64,000 bases of DNA, taken from the NCBI GenBank assembly GCA_040386535.1, contig JAZKFH010000019.1:96001-160000 (forward strand). The letters run 5' to 3'. The position numbers and the translations under genes are program-made. Shown here piece by piece: positions 20,984 to 30,986 of the stretch (its first letter is position 1; each line of letters starts with the position of its first letter). This DNA is from Myxococcota bacterium. Lineage in GTDB: Bacteria > Myxococcota_A > UBA796 > SXON01. Under the pieces are notes generated by a model, which did not search any database, had not been told where the DNA came from, and was given only the letters and a program-made list of their open reading frames with translations.

Positions 20984-21472
20984 TCAGGATCGCGTGAGGA
21001 GGCGCTCCGTCAAGGCGTCGAGCTTGAGCGCGAAGGCCCGGGCGCGCTCCGGGCCGAACGTGCTCGGGCCGAGGCCCGCCACGCGCTCGTCGTATCGCGC
21101 GATCATCGCGGGGAGGTCGGCCACGTCGAGCAGCACCAGCACCCTGTCGGCGATCTTACGTGCGAAGCGCACCTGGTGGTCGTCCACGTGTTCGCCGAAC
21201 GCAGACTGGCGCGGCACGACGATCGGCACCTTGCCGTGGGAGAGCGCCTGCATGATCGAGGCAGGACCGCCGTGGGTGACGACGATGCGGGCCTCCTTCA
21301 TCGAAGCCTGGATGCGCGCGAACGGCATCATCGACTCGGCGGTGCAGCGCGTGGGCACGTAGGTCGAGTAGCCGCTCTGGATCAGCACCGGCTCGTCACC
21401 GGGGAGCGTGTCGAGCGCACGCAGGAGGCGATCGAACGGGTCTTCGTGCGTGCCGACGGTGCAGAAGATCAC
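20984..21472 (-). CDS. Glycosyltransferase, PssE/Cps14G (Alg13-like) subunit
   Basis: IFCTVGTHE.PFDRL, THGGPASI, VPRQ..FGEHVDDHQ. Confidence 0.9.
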   Translation of the reverse strand: MIFCTVGTHEDPFDRLLRALDTLPGDEPVLIQSGYSTYVPTRCTAESMMPFARIQASMKEARIVVTHGGPASIMQALSHGKVPIVVPRQSAFGEHVDDHQVRFARKIADRVLVLLDVADLPAMIARYDERVAGLGPSTFGPERARAFALKLDALTERLLTRS

Positions 21473-21485
21473 GCGGGGCGCCGCA

Positions 21486-21950
21486 TCAGAGCACCGCGCC
21501 GAGGTTCTCGGCGTCGGGATAAAACGCGCGTTGGTCCTCCCACTGGATGACCATCTTGTCGAGCACGGGCGCGACGAGGCGGGCGGTCAGGGTGGGGGAG
21601 TCGATGCGGTCGTACACCTCGATGTAGACGGTCTTGCAGCCGAAAACGAGCTTGCCGATCCAGAAGAAGGGCACCGCGAGCCCGGCCCCGTTGGACACGA
21701 TGAGCTCAGGCCGCTCCTTCGCCAGGATGCGCAGCGCGAGCAGGCCGTTGCGGATCGTGTTGCGCACGTTCCGGTTGGTCGGGTGGTGGCCGAAGTAGAC
21801 GCGCTCACCCTCCAGGAGCGAGGTGGCATCGGGCTTGTCGAACGTGACCCAGAAGCGCTCGTGCTGGGTCCACCACGCGTCGAGGCAGTGGAGCTGGGCG
21901 AGGTGCCCGCCCGACGAGCACACGATGCACACACGGTGGGGTCGCGACAT
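21486..21950 (-). CDS. Glycosyltransferase, PssD/Cps14F (Alg14-like) subunit
   Basis: CSSGGHLAQL, SNGAGLAVPF, VYIEVYDRID.PTLT, IQWE. Confidence 0.9.
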   Translation of the reverse strand: MSRPHRVCIVCSSGGHLAQLHCLDAWWTQHERFWVTFDKPDATSLLEGERVYFGHHPTNRNVRNTIRNGLLALRILAKERPELIVSNGAGLAVPFFWIGKLVFGCKTVYIEVYDRIDSPTLTARLVAPVLDKMVIQWEDQRAFYPDAENLGAVL

Positions 21951-21990
21951 CCTGCCCCCTATAGCAAGACGGGCGGGCTAAGACACCGGC

Positions 21991-23493
21991 GTGAGCCAGG
22001 ACGTCAAAGCCATCGCCCGGGGCACCGGCCTGCTCTTGCCGGCCACGCTGGCGGGAAACCTGCTCCTGCTCCTGCTCGACCAGTACGTCAACGGGGTGCT
22101 CGGCACCGCCGACTACGGGCTGTTCGGCGCCATCAAGCGCGTGCTTCAGCTCGTCGGCTTCGTGGTGTTGCTCGGGATGGAGAACGCGGTGATCCGCTTC
22201 GTCGCGACCGCGAGCACGCCCGAGGCGGCGCGGGGGGCGGTGCGTCACGCGCTGCTCGGCACGCTCGCGGCCTCCGGGGCGGCGGCGCTGCTGCTCATCG
22301 CGTTGGCGGGTCCGTTCGCCGCCTGGGTCGACCCCGCGCCGGGCACCGCGGAGGCTTTGCGGATCGGGGCGCTCTCGCTGCCGTTCGCGGCGGTGCGGAT
22401 GGTCGCGGTGAGCGCGAGCCAGGGCTGGAAGGTCGTGACGCACCGTGCGCTCGTGATGTTCCTCGCCTGGCCGATCGCGCAGTTCGTCGGGATCGCGGCG
22501 CTCGCGCACGGGCTGGGGCTCGGCATTCGCGGCGTGATGATCGCGTACGTGGCGGCGATGGCGCTCGGCGCCGCGCTCGCGGTGGGGTTCCTCTGGCGAC
22601 TCCGGAGTGACGTGCTGCGGCCGGCGGCACCGGCGGCGGTCGCCGGCGTGGGCTTCGTGGCGCTGATGGGGTTCGCCTGGCCGATGTGGATCCAGGGCGT
22701 CGTCATGGGCCTGTACACGTGGCTCGACCAGGTGCTGCTCGCGAGCCTGCGGAGCACGACCGAGGCCGGCATCTACGGGCCTGTCGCCACGCTCGCGCCG
22801 CTGTTCGGCGTCGGCCTGGGCGCGCTGAACGGCATGTTCGCGCCCATCATCGCGGAGCGGCGCCTCGCGGGCGACATGGCGGGGCTCCAGGGCCTCTACC
22901 GCACGGTCACGCGCTGGGCCGTGGCGCTCGCGATCCCGCCGCTCGTCGTGTGCGCGGTGTTGCCCGGCGCGGTGCTCGGGCTCTGGCCCAACGGCTCGCT
23001 CGAGGCGGTCGACGCGCTGCGGATCACGTGCGCCGCCCAGTTGCTCTGCACCGGCGTCGGGAGCGTGAACTACCTGCTCATCATGGCCGGTCACCAGCGC
23101 GCGACCCTCTACAACGGCATCCCCGCCGTGCTCCTGAACCTCGGCCTCTCCTTCGCGCTGATCCCCGTCCTCGGCGTCACCGGCGCGGCGATCGCCAACG
23201 GCGTCGCGACGATCGCGGCGAACGGGATCGGCGCGTGGCAGGTGCACGCCGCGCTCGGCATCCACCCCTTCGACCGCGCGTTCCTCCGGCCGTTGATCGC
23301 GGCGCTTCCGTGCGCGGCGGTGGCGTGGTTGGTCGGACATTGGGTTCAGGCGCCGCCCCTGGTCGTCGTCGCGATCGCGGGCACCGCCGCGGGCGTCGTG
23401 TTCCTCCTGGCGCTCCGCGCCCTCGGCCTCGACGCGGACGATCGGCTCGTGGTCGACGCGATCGTGGCGAAAGTGCGGCGCCGGGCGGCCTGA
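21991..23493 (+). CDS. Wzx-type oligosaccharide flippase
   Basis: Many TM helices; LG.ADYGLF, WLDQVLL...EAGIY, LNLGLSFALIPVLGVTGAAIA. Confidence 0.9.
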   Translation: MSQDVKAIARGTGLLLPATLAGNLLLLLLDQYVNGVLGTADYGLFGAIKRVLQLVGFVVLLGMENAVIRFVATASTPEAARGAVRHALLGTLAASGAAALLLIALAGPFAAWVDPAPGTAEALRIGALSLPFAAVRMVAVSASQGWKVVTHRALVMFLAWPIAQFVGIAALAHGLGLGIRGVMIAYVAAMALGAALAVGFLWRLRSDVLRPAAPAAVAGVGFVALMGFAWPMWIQGVVMGLYTWLDQVLLASLRSTTEAGIYGPVATLAPLFGVGLGALNGMFAPIIAERRLAGDMAGLQGLYRTVTRWAVALAIPPLVVCAVLPGAVLGLWPNGSLEAVDALRITCAAQLLCTGVGSVNYLLIMAGHQRATLYNGIPAVLLNLGLSFALIPVLGVTGAAIANGVATIAANGIGAWQVHAALGIHPFDRAFLRPLIAALPCAAVAWLVGHWVQAPPLVVVAIAGTAAGVVFLLALRALGLDADDRLVVDAIVAKVRRRAA

Positions 23494-23589
23494 TCCCCGC
23501 GGCGCCGTCGGCTGCTCCGGCGCGGTCCGTCCCCCTTTTTTGCAGGCGGACCACTCCCAGCGTGTCACGATGCGCCCATCCCGGAGCTC

Positions 23590-25062
23590 GTGATGATCCT
23601 CCTCCTCGTGTCCGCGGCGAGCGCCACGGTGCCGCCGTTCACCTGCCCGTCCGTGGCCTCGCCGCCCGACGCACGGGCGTACTACGACACGAGCCCCACC
23701 GCCGCCGTGAACACGGCGTGGGACGAGGTTTACGCGTGGTTCGACGAAAGTTGTGTCGTGTCCTGCGCGGTGACGTGGGAGGGGACCTGCGAGTCCGCCA
23801 GCTGCGTGACGGCGGCGGGCGCGACGCTCACGTGGGAGGAGACGTACGAGGAGGGGGGCGACGGCGAGTCCTCCAGCGAGACGACGAGGCGGACGCTCGA
23901 GGTCCTCCCGCCCGCTTCGGCGGGCCTCGCGTGGACCTCGGCGGCGATCGAGTGGGACGAGGGGACCGATCGATCTTCGTTCAGCTGGGGATCGTGGGAG
24001 TCGGCCACGCTCTCGTGGACCGGCTCGCTCCAGGCGGAGTGGCCCGCGGACGGCTGGTTCGAGGCTGGACAGAGCGCGGACGACTACTCGGGCTCGTTCA
24101 CCAACTCGGAGGGGAGCACCTGGCATTGGTCCTCCGACGCCTGTGAGTGGTCGGTCAGCGAGAATTGGGACGTCGAGATTGGCACGGCGATCGAGGTCGC
24201 GGTGAACACCGAGCCGCTCGTCGAGGTCATCTCCTCCTACGAGTACTGGATGCACGCCGCGTGCGACTCGGAGGCCTACGGCACGTGGCGCGGCTACACC
24301 GACGGCGCCCTCTACGGCAACGTCGACGAGACGACCTGGGAGCGCAGCGGCGACGCCGACGGCGACGGCTTCTCCACCGACGACTGCGACGACACCGATG
24401 CCGCCGTGAACCCGTGCGCCACGGAGGTGGCCCTGGACGGGGTCGACTCCAATTGTGACGGCGCCGAGGACGCCGATGGCGACGGGGACGCCGACGGCGA
24501 CGGCGGGGTGGACGTGGCCGACGGAGGGGACGACTGCGACGACGGCGACCCGACGATCTACGCCGGCGCCCCCGAGGTGCCCTCCGACGGGATCGACCAG
24601 GACTGCGACGGCGTGGACCTCGTCGCCGCGGATCCGGACGCGGACGGCGACGGCGCCGACGCCCTCGCGGCTGGTGGCGACGACTGCGACGACACCGATC
24701 CCGCCGTGTACGTGGGCGCGGCGGAGGTCGCGTACGACGGGATCGACCAGGACTGCGACGGCGCGGACCTGACCGACGTGGACGCGGACGGCGCGGACGC
24801 GCTCGCAGCCGGCGGTGACGACTGCGACGACGCGAACGCCGCCGCGTTCGTGGGCGCCGTCGAGGTCGAGTGCGACGAGGTGGACCAGAACTGCGACGGC
24901 GTAGACGACTGCCCGCCGTTCGACCCCGAGCCTACCGACGAGGATGACGACGAGGACGAGGATGAGGACGAGGACGAGGTTGGTTGTGGCGGAGGCGCGG
25001 CGCTCCTCCTGTTCCCTGGCTTGGCGCTCCTGGGCGTGTCCCGGCGGCGTTCGCGGGGATGA
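23590..25062 (+). CDS. Surface protein with repeated Asp/Cys putative metal-binding motifs and MYXO-CTERM-like tail
   Basis: Four DDCDD...P/GA.EV..DGIDQDCDG units; acidic linker; VGCGGG...TM...RRR. Confidence 0.8.
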   Translation: MMILLLVSAASATVPPFTCPSVASPPDARAYYDTSPTAAVNTAWDEVYAWFDESCVVSCAVTWEGTCESASCVTAAGATLTWEETYEEGGDGESSSETTRRTLEVLPPASAGLAWTSAAIEWDEGTDRSSFSWGSWESATLSWTGSLQAEWPADGWFEAGQSADDYSGSFTNSEGSTWHWSSDACEWSVSENWDVEIGTAIEVAVNTEPLVEVISSYEYWMHAACDSEAYGTWRGYTDGALYGNVDETTWERSGDADGDGFSTDDCDDTDAAVNPCATEVALDGVDSNCDGAEDADGDGDADGDGGVDVADGGDDCDDGDPTIYAGAPEVPSDGIDQDCDGVDLVAADPDADGDGADALAAGGDDCDDTDPAVYVGAAEVAYDGIDQDCDGADLTDVDADGADALAAGGDDCDDANAAAFVGAVEVECDEVDQNCDGVDDCPPFDPEPTDEDDDEDEDEDEDEVGCGGGAALLLFPGLALLGVSRRRSRG

Positions 25063-25083
25063 GCGTGGGGGGCTGACGCTAAA

Positions 25084-26319
25084 TCAGGCGATGCGGGCAA
25101 GGGTGGCCGCCACGCGCTTCGAGGAGGCCCGGCCGACGCCTGCGCCGGCCGCCACCGCCGGCCAGGTGCCGATCACGGCGCGGACCTCCTCCACGATCGC
25201 CTTCGCGTCACGCGCGGCGATGCCCACCCGCTCGGCGACCGTGAGCAGATGCGCCGCGGACGGGGCCCGGCCCTCTCCCGCGACGGTCATCCAGTGCTCG
25301 CCGCCCGGCCCTCCCGAGAAGGTCAAATCGTAGGCGGGGGCCAGCCGCCACGCCTTCGTCTCGTCGAGGAGGAACGCGAAGTTGCGGCTGTGGTCATCGC
25401 GATTGTGCGCGTACACGTTGAAGGCCGCACGCCGGTACATCTGCTCGACGGCGCGCTGATCCCGGGTGAGCCACCGCACCGCGCGGAGGAGCGCCTCGTA
25501 GTCCAGGCTCGGCACGCGGTGGTCGGCGTGGAGGAGGCCACACGCGCTGTGCAGGTGCACACGCGGGTTCCGATCGAAGCGTTCCGTCGCGAAGTAGCCG
25601 GGGGTGGTCGTGGTCCCCCCGACGAGCCAGGTGCGCGCGATGTCGATGCCTGCCGCCGCGGCCAGGCGGGCATAGGCGAGCTCGACCGCGCCCGTGTCCT
25701 CGGGATCCGCGCGGTTTCGGAACTTGACGAGGACGGGCAGGTACCCGGGCGGCGGATCCTTCGAGCCGACCGAGAGCGCGCCGTCCCCCGGGCGCATCGC
25801 CACGAGGACCTTGGGGTGCGCCCCGCCGGAGGAGCCCCCCAACGCGAGGAGCTCGGGGAAGACGCTCTCGGCGTCGCCCTCGAGCACGAGGCGGGCCTCC
25901 TCCGCGAGCATGAGCACGTCGACGGCGGAAGGGGGCGCGGACGCCTCCTCCCAGGCCGGCTCGTATACGAGAGCGCCCGCGCCCTGCTCGCCGACGAACG
26001 CCAGCCGGTCGAGCGGCGAGAGGGCGTGGCGCCCCACTCCCCGGCGGTCCATCTCGCGGTCGAGGAGCAGCCGCCCCCACCCGTCGGGAAGACTGTCGTC
26101 GAACACGCCGAAGAGCCCGTCGAAGAGGCCCTTCTTCGCCTCTTGCACGCCTGGTACCACGGGGAGATGGGCCGGCGAGATGGGAACGGGATCGGCGAGG
26201 AAGGTGGGGTCGTACTCGAAGAGGATCCGACGGTTCACGCGGGCCAGGCGACCGACCCGCCGCGCTTCGGGACCGAGGCGCAGGCCGACGTTCAGCACCG
26301 CGACGGGAACGAAGCTCAT
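25084..26319 (-). CDS. hipA: HipA-family toxin kinase
   Basis: Couple_hipA N-terminus (FEYDP, DSLPDGWG), GSSGGAHPK, FATERFDR, HNRDDHSRNF, LAPAYDL; ATG overlaps antitoxin TGA. Confidence 0.93.
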   Translation of the reverse strand: MSFVPVAVLNVGLRLGPEARRVGRLARVNRRILFEYDPTFLADPVPISPAHLPVVPGVQEAKKGLFDGLFGVFDDSLPDGWGRLLLDREMDRRGVGRHALSPLDRLAFVGEQGAGALVYEPAWEEASAPPSAVDVLMLAEEARLVLEGDAESVFPELLALGGSSGGAHPKVLVAMRPGDGALSVGSKDPPPGYLPVLVKFRNRADPEDTGAVELAYARLAAAAGIDIARTWLVGGTTTTPGYFATERFDRNPRVHLHSACGLLHADHRVPSLDYEALLRAVRWLTRDQRAVEQMYRRAAFNVYAHNRDDHSRNFAFLLDETKAWRLAPAYDLTFSGGPGGEHWMTVAGEGRAPSAAHLLTVAERVGIAARDAKAIVEEVRAVIGTWPAVAAGAGVGRASSKRVAATLARIA

Positions 26320-26627
26320 TTCTTCCGCCCGCGCTGGCGGGCGGCCTTCGGGCCCGCCGCCGCGAGCGCCTCGTCGAGCGTGCGGAAGGGCGCGGCGGTG
26401 AACCAGGTCTCGAGCTCCGCGGTCGCGTCGAGCGCGACGGCGATCCGGACCAGCGCGACGAAGGAGATCTGCCCGGTGTGCTCGAAGCGCTTGAGCGTCG
26501 CGGTGCTCACGCCCGCCGCGCCTGCCAGGCCGACCTGGGACAAGTCGTTCGCCAGACGCCGGGCGCGCGCGCGATGCGCCACGGCGCGCGCGAGCTCCTC
26601 GGGGCTCGACATCATAGTAGGCAACAT
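26316..26627 (-). CDS. XRE-family HTH antitoxin (HipB-like)
   Basis: RARRLANDLSQVGLAGAAGVSTATLKRFEHTGQIS; directly upstream of hipA. Confidence 0.88.
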   Translation of the reverse strand: MLPTMMSSPEELARAVAHRARARRLANDLSQVGLAGAAGVSTATLKRFEHTGQISFVALVRIAVALDATAELETWFTAAPFRTLDEALAAAGPKAARQRGRKK

Positions 26628-26670
26628 GTGATCCCTTATCCGGGTTTTTGCCGGTCAGGGGATCACATGT
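26624..26670. promoter_or_regulatory. Perfect 12-bp inverted repeat, probable hipBA operator
   Basis: ACATGTGATCCC (26624-26635) ... GGGATCACATGT (26659-26670), overlapping the antitoxin start. Confidence 0.7.
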
Positions 26671-26729
26671 GGTCTCTTGTCCCGTGCGCGCCTCCACGAC
26701 CCCTCCGCGCTCCACGTTAGGGCGCCACG

Positions 26730-29489
26730 ATGGTGCCCCCCCTCCGCCGTCTGCTCGCCGCCGCGCTGCTCCTCACCGTCGGGCGGGCCCACGCAGGGGA
26801 GGAGAGCGACACGCGCGGGGGGGGCGTTGCGGGGGGCTCCCCCCCGCCCCAAGAACTGACCTACAACTCCATCGATCTGACCGCGCTCTACAACCACGAC
26901 CTGTTCGACGGTACGAAGGGCCCGCTCTTCCGCTTGCGCGAGGCCGCGCCATGGGCCCCGCCGGTGCCGCTCGCGTTCGACCCGAAGCGGGCGCCCGACG
27001 TCGTGTTGCTCAAGAGTGGGGACGCCCCTACCGCGCCGCCCGAGGTCGTGGTCCCCGTGGGACGCACCGCGCGTACGCTCTACCTGCTCACGGCGGGGCA
27101 GGGGACCCTCGCCGTGCGGGACATCGCTGCCGACGGGGAGGTGCGCTACGCGGACGGCCGCACGCAGCCGCTCAAGTGGATGGTGGGCGAGCAGGCGTGG
27201 CCCGCGTGGGCCGGCGCCACGGGTCGGAACGCGGATCCGATCGCCATCGGCTGGAACCCCAGCGGATCGCTGCTCACCGCCTCGCTCCTCACGGTCGACC
27301 TGTCGTGGCCCGACGTGCCCGTCACCTCGATCCTGGTGAAGTCGCGCCCGGGGCCGCTCTCGTTCGCGCTCCTCGCCGTCACCACGTCCGACGCGCCGCC
27401 GGTCACCGTCGTCCCCGTCGTCGATCGCGCGCCGTTGGACACCTACGACTTTCGCGTCCCCGCCGTGCTCGCGGCGTCCCTACCCATCGATCCCGCGTTG
27501 GCCGTCACGGGTCCCGCCGATCGCCCGATCGTCGTGAAGGACGGCCACCTCGCGTACGCCGGCGAAGGAGGCACTAACGCGGAGCGGGCGCGCTTCTGGG
27601 GCATCAACGTCGTCGGGACCGGGGCGTTGCCAGCCCTGGACGTGGCCGACGCCTACGCCACGAGCCTCGCGCGCGCCGGGTTCAACATGGTCCGGCCGCA
27701 CCACATGGACGGCGACGGCGAGGGCACGCTCGTCAATCCGCGCCGCGGCGAGCCCGGGGAGCCCCTCGCGCTGCCCGAGGCGCTCGACCGGATGGACCGC
27801 TTCCACGCCGCGCTCAAGGCGGCCGGCGTGTACGTCTACCTCGAGACGTGGACGCTCCGGAGCTTCCGCCCCGAGGAGGGCGTGCCGTCGCCGCGCGGGC
27901 TCGCGGTCGGCAACAAGTACGCGCCGTTCTTCTGGAAGGAGTACACCGACGCGAAGAAGGCGTGGGTTCGCGCGCTCTACGACCGCGTGAACCCCTACAC
28001 GGGCCTGCGCTACGCCGACGACCCCGCGGTGGCCCTGTTCGAGATCGCCAACGAGGACAGCCTCCTCGTCGCATGGAGCGGCGGCGCGTTGGAGCGGCTC
28101 CCGGGCGACCACCGCCGCCGCCTCGACGAGGTGTGGAATTCCTGGCTGCGCACGCGCTACAAGAACGACGTGGCGCTCAACACCGCGTGGAAGGGCCCCA
28201 TCCGCGCCGGGCTCCAGCTCGGTGAGACCCTCTCGCTCGACTCGGTGGCGCGTGAGCCCTCCACCCGCGGCCGCTCGGAGCTGTTCCCGCCCGCGCGGGC
28301 CGCGGATCTCGTGCGCTTCTACGGCGAGCTCGAAGCGGCGCACCACGCGGAGATGGCGCGTTTCCTGCGCGACGACCTCGGCTTCTCGGCGCCCATCGTG
28401 TGCAACACCTCGTTCGGCGTGCCGCTCGCGGAGGCCCAGCTCGCGGCGTGCGACGTGGTGGATCTCCACGTCTACTGGGATCCGATCGCCGAGCAGAACG
28501 TGTACTTCGACCACGCGATGATCGAGCGGCCGTTGCATGGGCGGATCCTGGAGAAGCTCGCGTGGTGCCAGGAGGGGAGGCCGTGCACGATGAGCGAGCT
28601 GAACCACAGCTGGCCCAACCGCTACGGGCACGAGGCGCCGCTGGTCTGGTCCTCACTCGCGGCGCGCCAGGATCTCGATGCCGTGCTCTGGTTCGCCTAC
28701 TCGCACGGGAGCTTCGATCCCGCGCCGGATGGGCCGGCCGGCGCGCTCGATCTGTCGGGGCGCTTCTCGTCCTGGGTGCAGATGCCGACGGCCTCGGCGC
28801 TCTTCCGGAGCGGGGCGCTGGCGCCGCCGGAGCGCCGCTTCGTGCGCTGGTGGAGCGCCGACGGCCTGTTGCGCGACCTCGCGGAGCCCTCCAGCTTGTG
28901 GCTCGACACGCAAGTGTCGTGGCAGAGCGTGCTCGACAACGTGCTGCGCACCTCGTTCGCGGCGATGCCCCCTCCGTTGACGCCCGCGCCTGCGCCCACC
29001 CCGAGCCCGCTGCGGTGGTGGCCCGACGCGGGGCGCTGGGTGATCGACACATCGAGGTTCCAGGCGATCGTCGGGCATACCTCGGCCCCCTCCGAGGAGC
29101 CCGGCGCCGAACCTGCGGCGTTGCGCGTGGCACTCTCGTCCTTCGCGGCGGTGTCGCTCGCGTCCCTCGACGGCGCCCCGCTCGGCGACGGTACGAAGCG
29201 CGCGCTCCTGACGCTCGCGGGCCGCACCGAGCGCGAGGGCACGCTCCGCTCCACGGGTGGCCCGGGCTCGGTCGTCTACGGCAAGGGCCCCGCGCGGCTG
29301 GAGCGGCTCACCGGGTTCGTCGACGTGAGGTGGGCGGGCCGGCCCGAGGCCTGGGTGCTCGATCCGGTGGGCGCGCCGGTCGCGCGGCTCCCAATTCGGC
29401 GCCTCGGCGGCGGGTGGTGGCGGGTCGAGCTCGAGGCGGGTGACGAGCGGGGGCTCAGCTCGCCTTGGGTTGAGCTGCGATCTCGGTGA
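26730..29489 (+). CDS. Secreted clan-A glycoside hydrolase (GH5-like) with N-terminal accessory domain
   Basis: RFWGIN, GFNMVRPHHMD, NPYTGLRYADDPAVALFEIANED (acid/base NE), DLHVYW, MSELN (nucleophile). Confidence 0.8.
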   Translation: MVPPLRRLLAAALLLTVGRAHAGEESDTRGGGVAGGSPPPQELTYNSIDLTALYNHDLFDGTKGPLFRLREAAPWAPPVPLAFDPKRAPDVVLLKSGDAPTAPPEVVVPVGRTARTLYLLTAGQGTLAVRDIAADGEVRYADGRTQPLKWMVGEQAWPAWAGATGRNADPIAIGWNPSGSLLTASLLTVDLSWPDVPVTSILVKSRPGPLSFALLAVTTSDAPPVTVVPVVDRAPLDTYDFRVPAVLAASLPIDPALAVTGPADRPIVVKDGHLAYAGEGGTNAERARFWGINVVGTGALPALDVADAYATSLARAGFNMVRPHHMDGDGEGTLVNPRRGEPGEPLALPEALDRMDRFHAALKAAGVYVYLETWTLRSFRPEEGVPSPRGLAVGNKYAPFFWKEYTDAKKAWVRALYDRVNPYTGLRYADDPAVALFEIANEDSLLVAWSGGALERLPGDHRRRLDEVWNSWLRTRYKNDVALNTAWKGPIRAGLQLGETLSLDSVAREPSTRGRSELFPPARAADLVRFYGELEAAHHAEMARFLRDDLGFSAPIVCNTSFGVPLAEAQLAACDVVDLHVYWDPIAEQNVYFDHAMIERPLHGRILEKLAWCQEGRPCTMSELNHSWPNRYGHEAPLVWSSLAARQDLDAVLWFAYSHGSFDPAPDGPAGALDLSGRFSSWVQMPTASALFRSGALAPPERRFVRWWSADGLLRDLAEPSSLWLDTQVSWQSVLDNVLRTSFAAMPPPLTPAPAPTPSPLRWWPDAGRWVIDTSRFQAIVGHTSAPSEEPGAEPAALRVALSSFAAVSLASLDGAPLGDGTKRALLTLAGRTEREGTLRSTGGPGSVVYGKGPARLERLTGFVDVRWAGRPEAWVLDPVGAPVARLPIRRLGGGWWRVELEAGDERGLSSPWVELRSR

Positions 29490-30933
29490 CGGCGGTGTTG
29501 ATCTCGGCGATCACGTCGGGCTGGGCCTCGAGCTCCTCCTCGAACGCGGCCTCGTCGATGAGGCCGGCGCGGGCGGCGTGGAGGTTGTTGAACTCGACCA
29601 GCGAGAGGATGGCCCACTGGTAGATGGCGACCTCGTAATATTCGAGGATGTTGTCGGTGAGATTGAGCAGGGCGTACGTGACGGTCATGGTGACGTACAC
29701 GTGGGAGATGTACGTCAGCCGGTTGTCGAGGCGCTGCCGGATCATGCGGAAGCCCTGCCAGAACATGACGCCGAGCACCCACGTGAACGCCAGGGCGCCC
29801 ACGATCCCGGTCTCGTAGAGGACCCGCAGGTAGCCGTTGTGGGGCGCCGCTTCGACGCCGAAGATCTCGACACCCAACATGACCGAGCTGCCCGCGCCGA
29901 AGCCGAACCACGGGCGATCCCAGATGCGGCGGAGGATCTCGTCCCAGAAGTACAGGCGCCAGCCGACGCTGGAATTGAGATCGTAGACGTTGTCGCTGCC
30001 GAGAACGTCACCCACGCTGGTGAACCGCTCGATGATGCCACCGCCGGCCCCGAGGAGCACCACGGCCCCGACCGCGGCGGTCGCCAGGATGTAGGAACGT
30101 TTTCCGTACACCCAGGAGAGGTATAGAAAGCACAACCCCATCGCGAGCCAGGAGATGCGTGTGTAGGTCGAGATCTCCAACGCGACGAGGAGCACGATGT
30201 AGAACAGGCGCAACGCCCGGTTCTTGGCCCGCGGATCGAGGAACTCCGCGTAGGCCAGGCAGAACAGGAACGTCAGGTACATGCTGAAGTGGGCGGGGTG
30301 GAAGAAGCTGGAATTGACTCGGTTGTACCCCTCGGTCACGTCGTTGCCCGTGCCCGTGATCCACTGGTAGAAGCCGTACACGATGGGGATGACGCTGGAC
30401 GCGTACATCGCCGAGATGACCTGCTTCACCATCTTGCTGTCGATCATGTCGCTGATGATCAGGTAGGTGAAAAACGGCGCGGCCAGCCGGGTGACGAAAC
30501 GAACGGCCCAGCGAAAGTCGGGCGCCCAGAACATCGAGACGGCGAAGAGCCCGAGGAACACGCCGTAGGGGAGGGTGAGCGAGCGCCCCTTGAACGGGTT
30601 CTTCCAGAGCACGAGGAAGTAGACGATGCCGATGCCCGTCGCGAGGACGTTGGCGAGGCCGCCGAGGTCGAAGTTGAGGCCCTCGGTGCCCATGCGCTCG
30701 CCGCCCGCGATGAAGTTGCGGAGCGAGATCAACATCAAGAAGCCGAGGATGAACGCGCGCGGATTGGCCATGAACAGGCCGCCGCCCACGCCCACGATCG
30801 CGAGCGCGGCCATGTAGTTGACGCCGCCGTACCCGAGGGCCAACGCGAGCGGGATGGCGGCGGCCGCCGGCAGGATCAGCTGACGAACGGGATCCGAGCC
30901 GAAGTCGGCGAAAGGAGAGCTCTTCACATCCAC
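29455..30933 (-). CDS. Wzy polymerase / O-antigen ligase family membrane protein
   Basis: RVNSSFFHPAHF, TYTRISW, SVGWRLYFW, PWFGFGAG, PHNGYLRVLYETGIVG. Confidence 0.88.
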   Translation of the reverse strand: MDVKSSPFADFGSDPVRQLILPAAAAIPLALALGYGGVNYMAALAIVGVGGGLFMANPRAFILGFLMLISLRNFIAGGERMGTEGLNFDLGGLANVLATGIGIVYFLVLWKNPFKGRSLTLPYGVFLGLFAVSMFWAPDFRWAVRFVTRLAAPFFTYLIISDMIDSKMVKQVISAMYASSVIPIVYGFYQWITGTGNDVTEGYNRVNSSFFHPAHFSMYLTFLFCLAYAEFLDPRAKNRALRLFYIVLLVALEISTYTRISWLAMGLCFLYLSWVYGKRSYILATAAVGAVVLLGAGGGIIERFTSVGDVLGSDNVYDLNSSVGWRLYFWDEILRRIWDRPWFGFGAGSSVMLGVEIFGVEAAPHNGYLRVLYETGIVGALAFTWVLGVMFWQGFRMIRQRLDNRLTYISHVYVTMTVTYALLNLTDNILEYYEVAIYQWAILSLVEFNNLHAARAGLIDEAAFEEELEAQPDVIAEINTAVTEIAAQPKAS

Positions 30934-30986
30934 CGCACGCGGCAGCTTACCCGGATGGATGTGCGGCGGTTAGTCGCCGGAGCACG

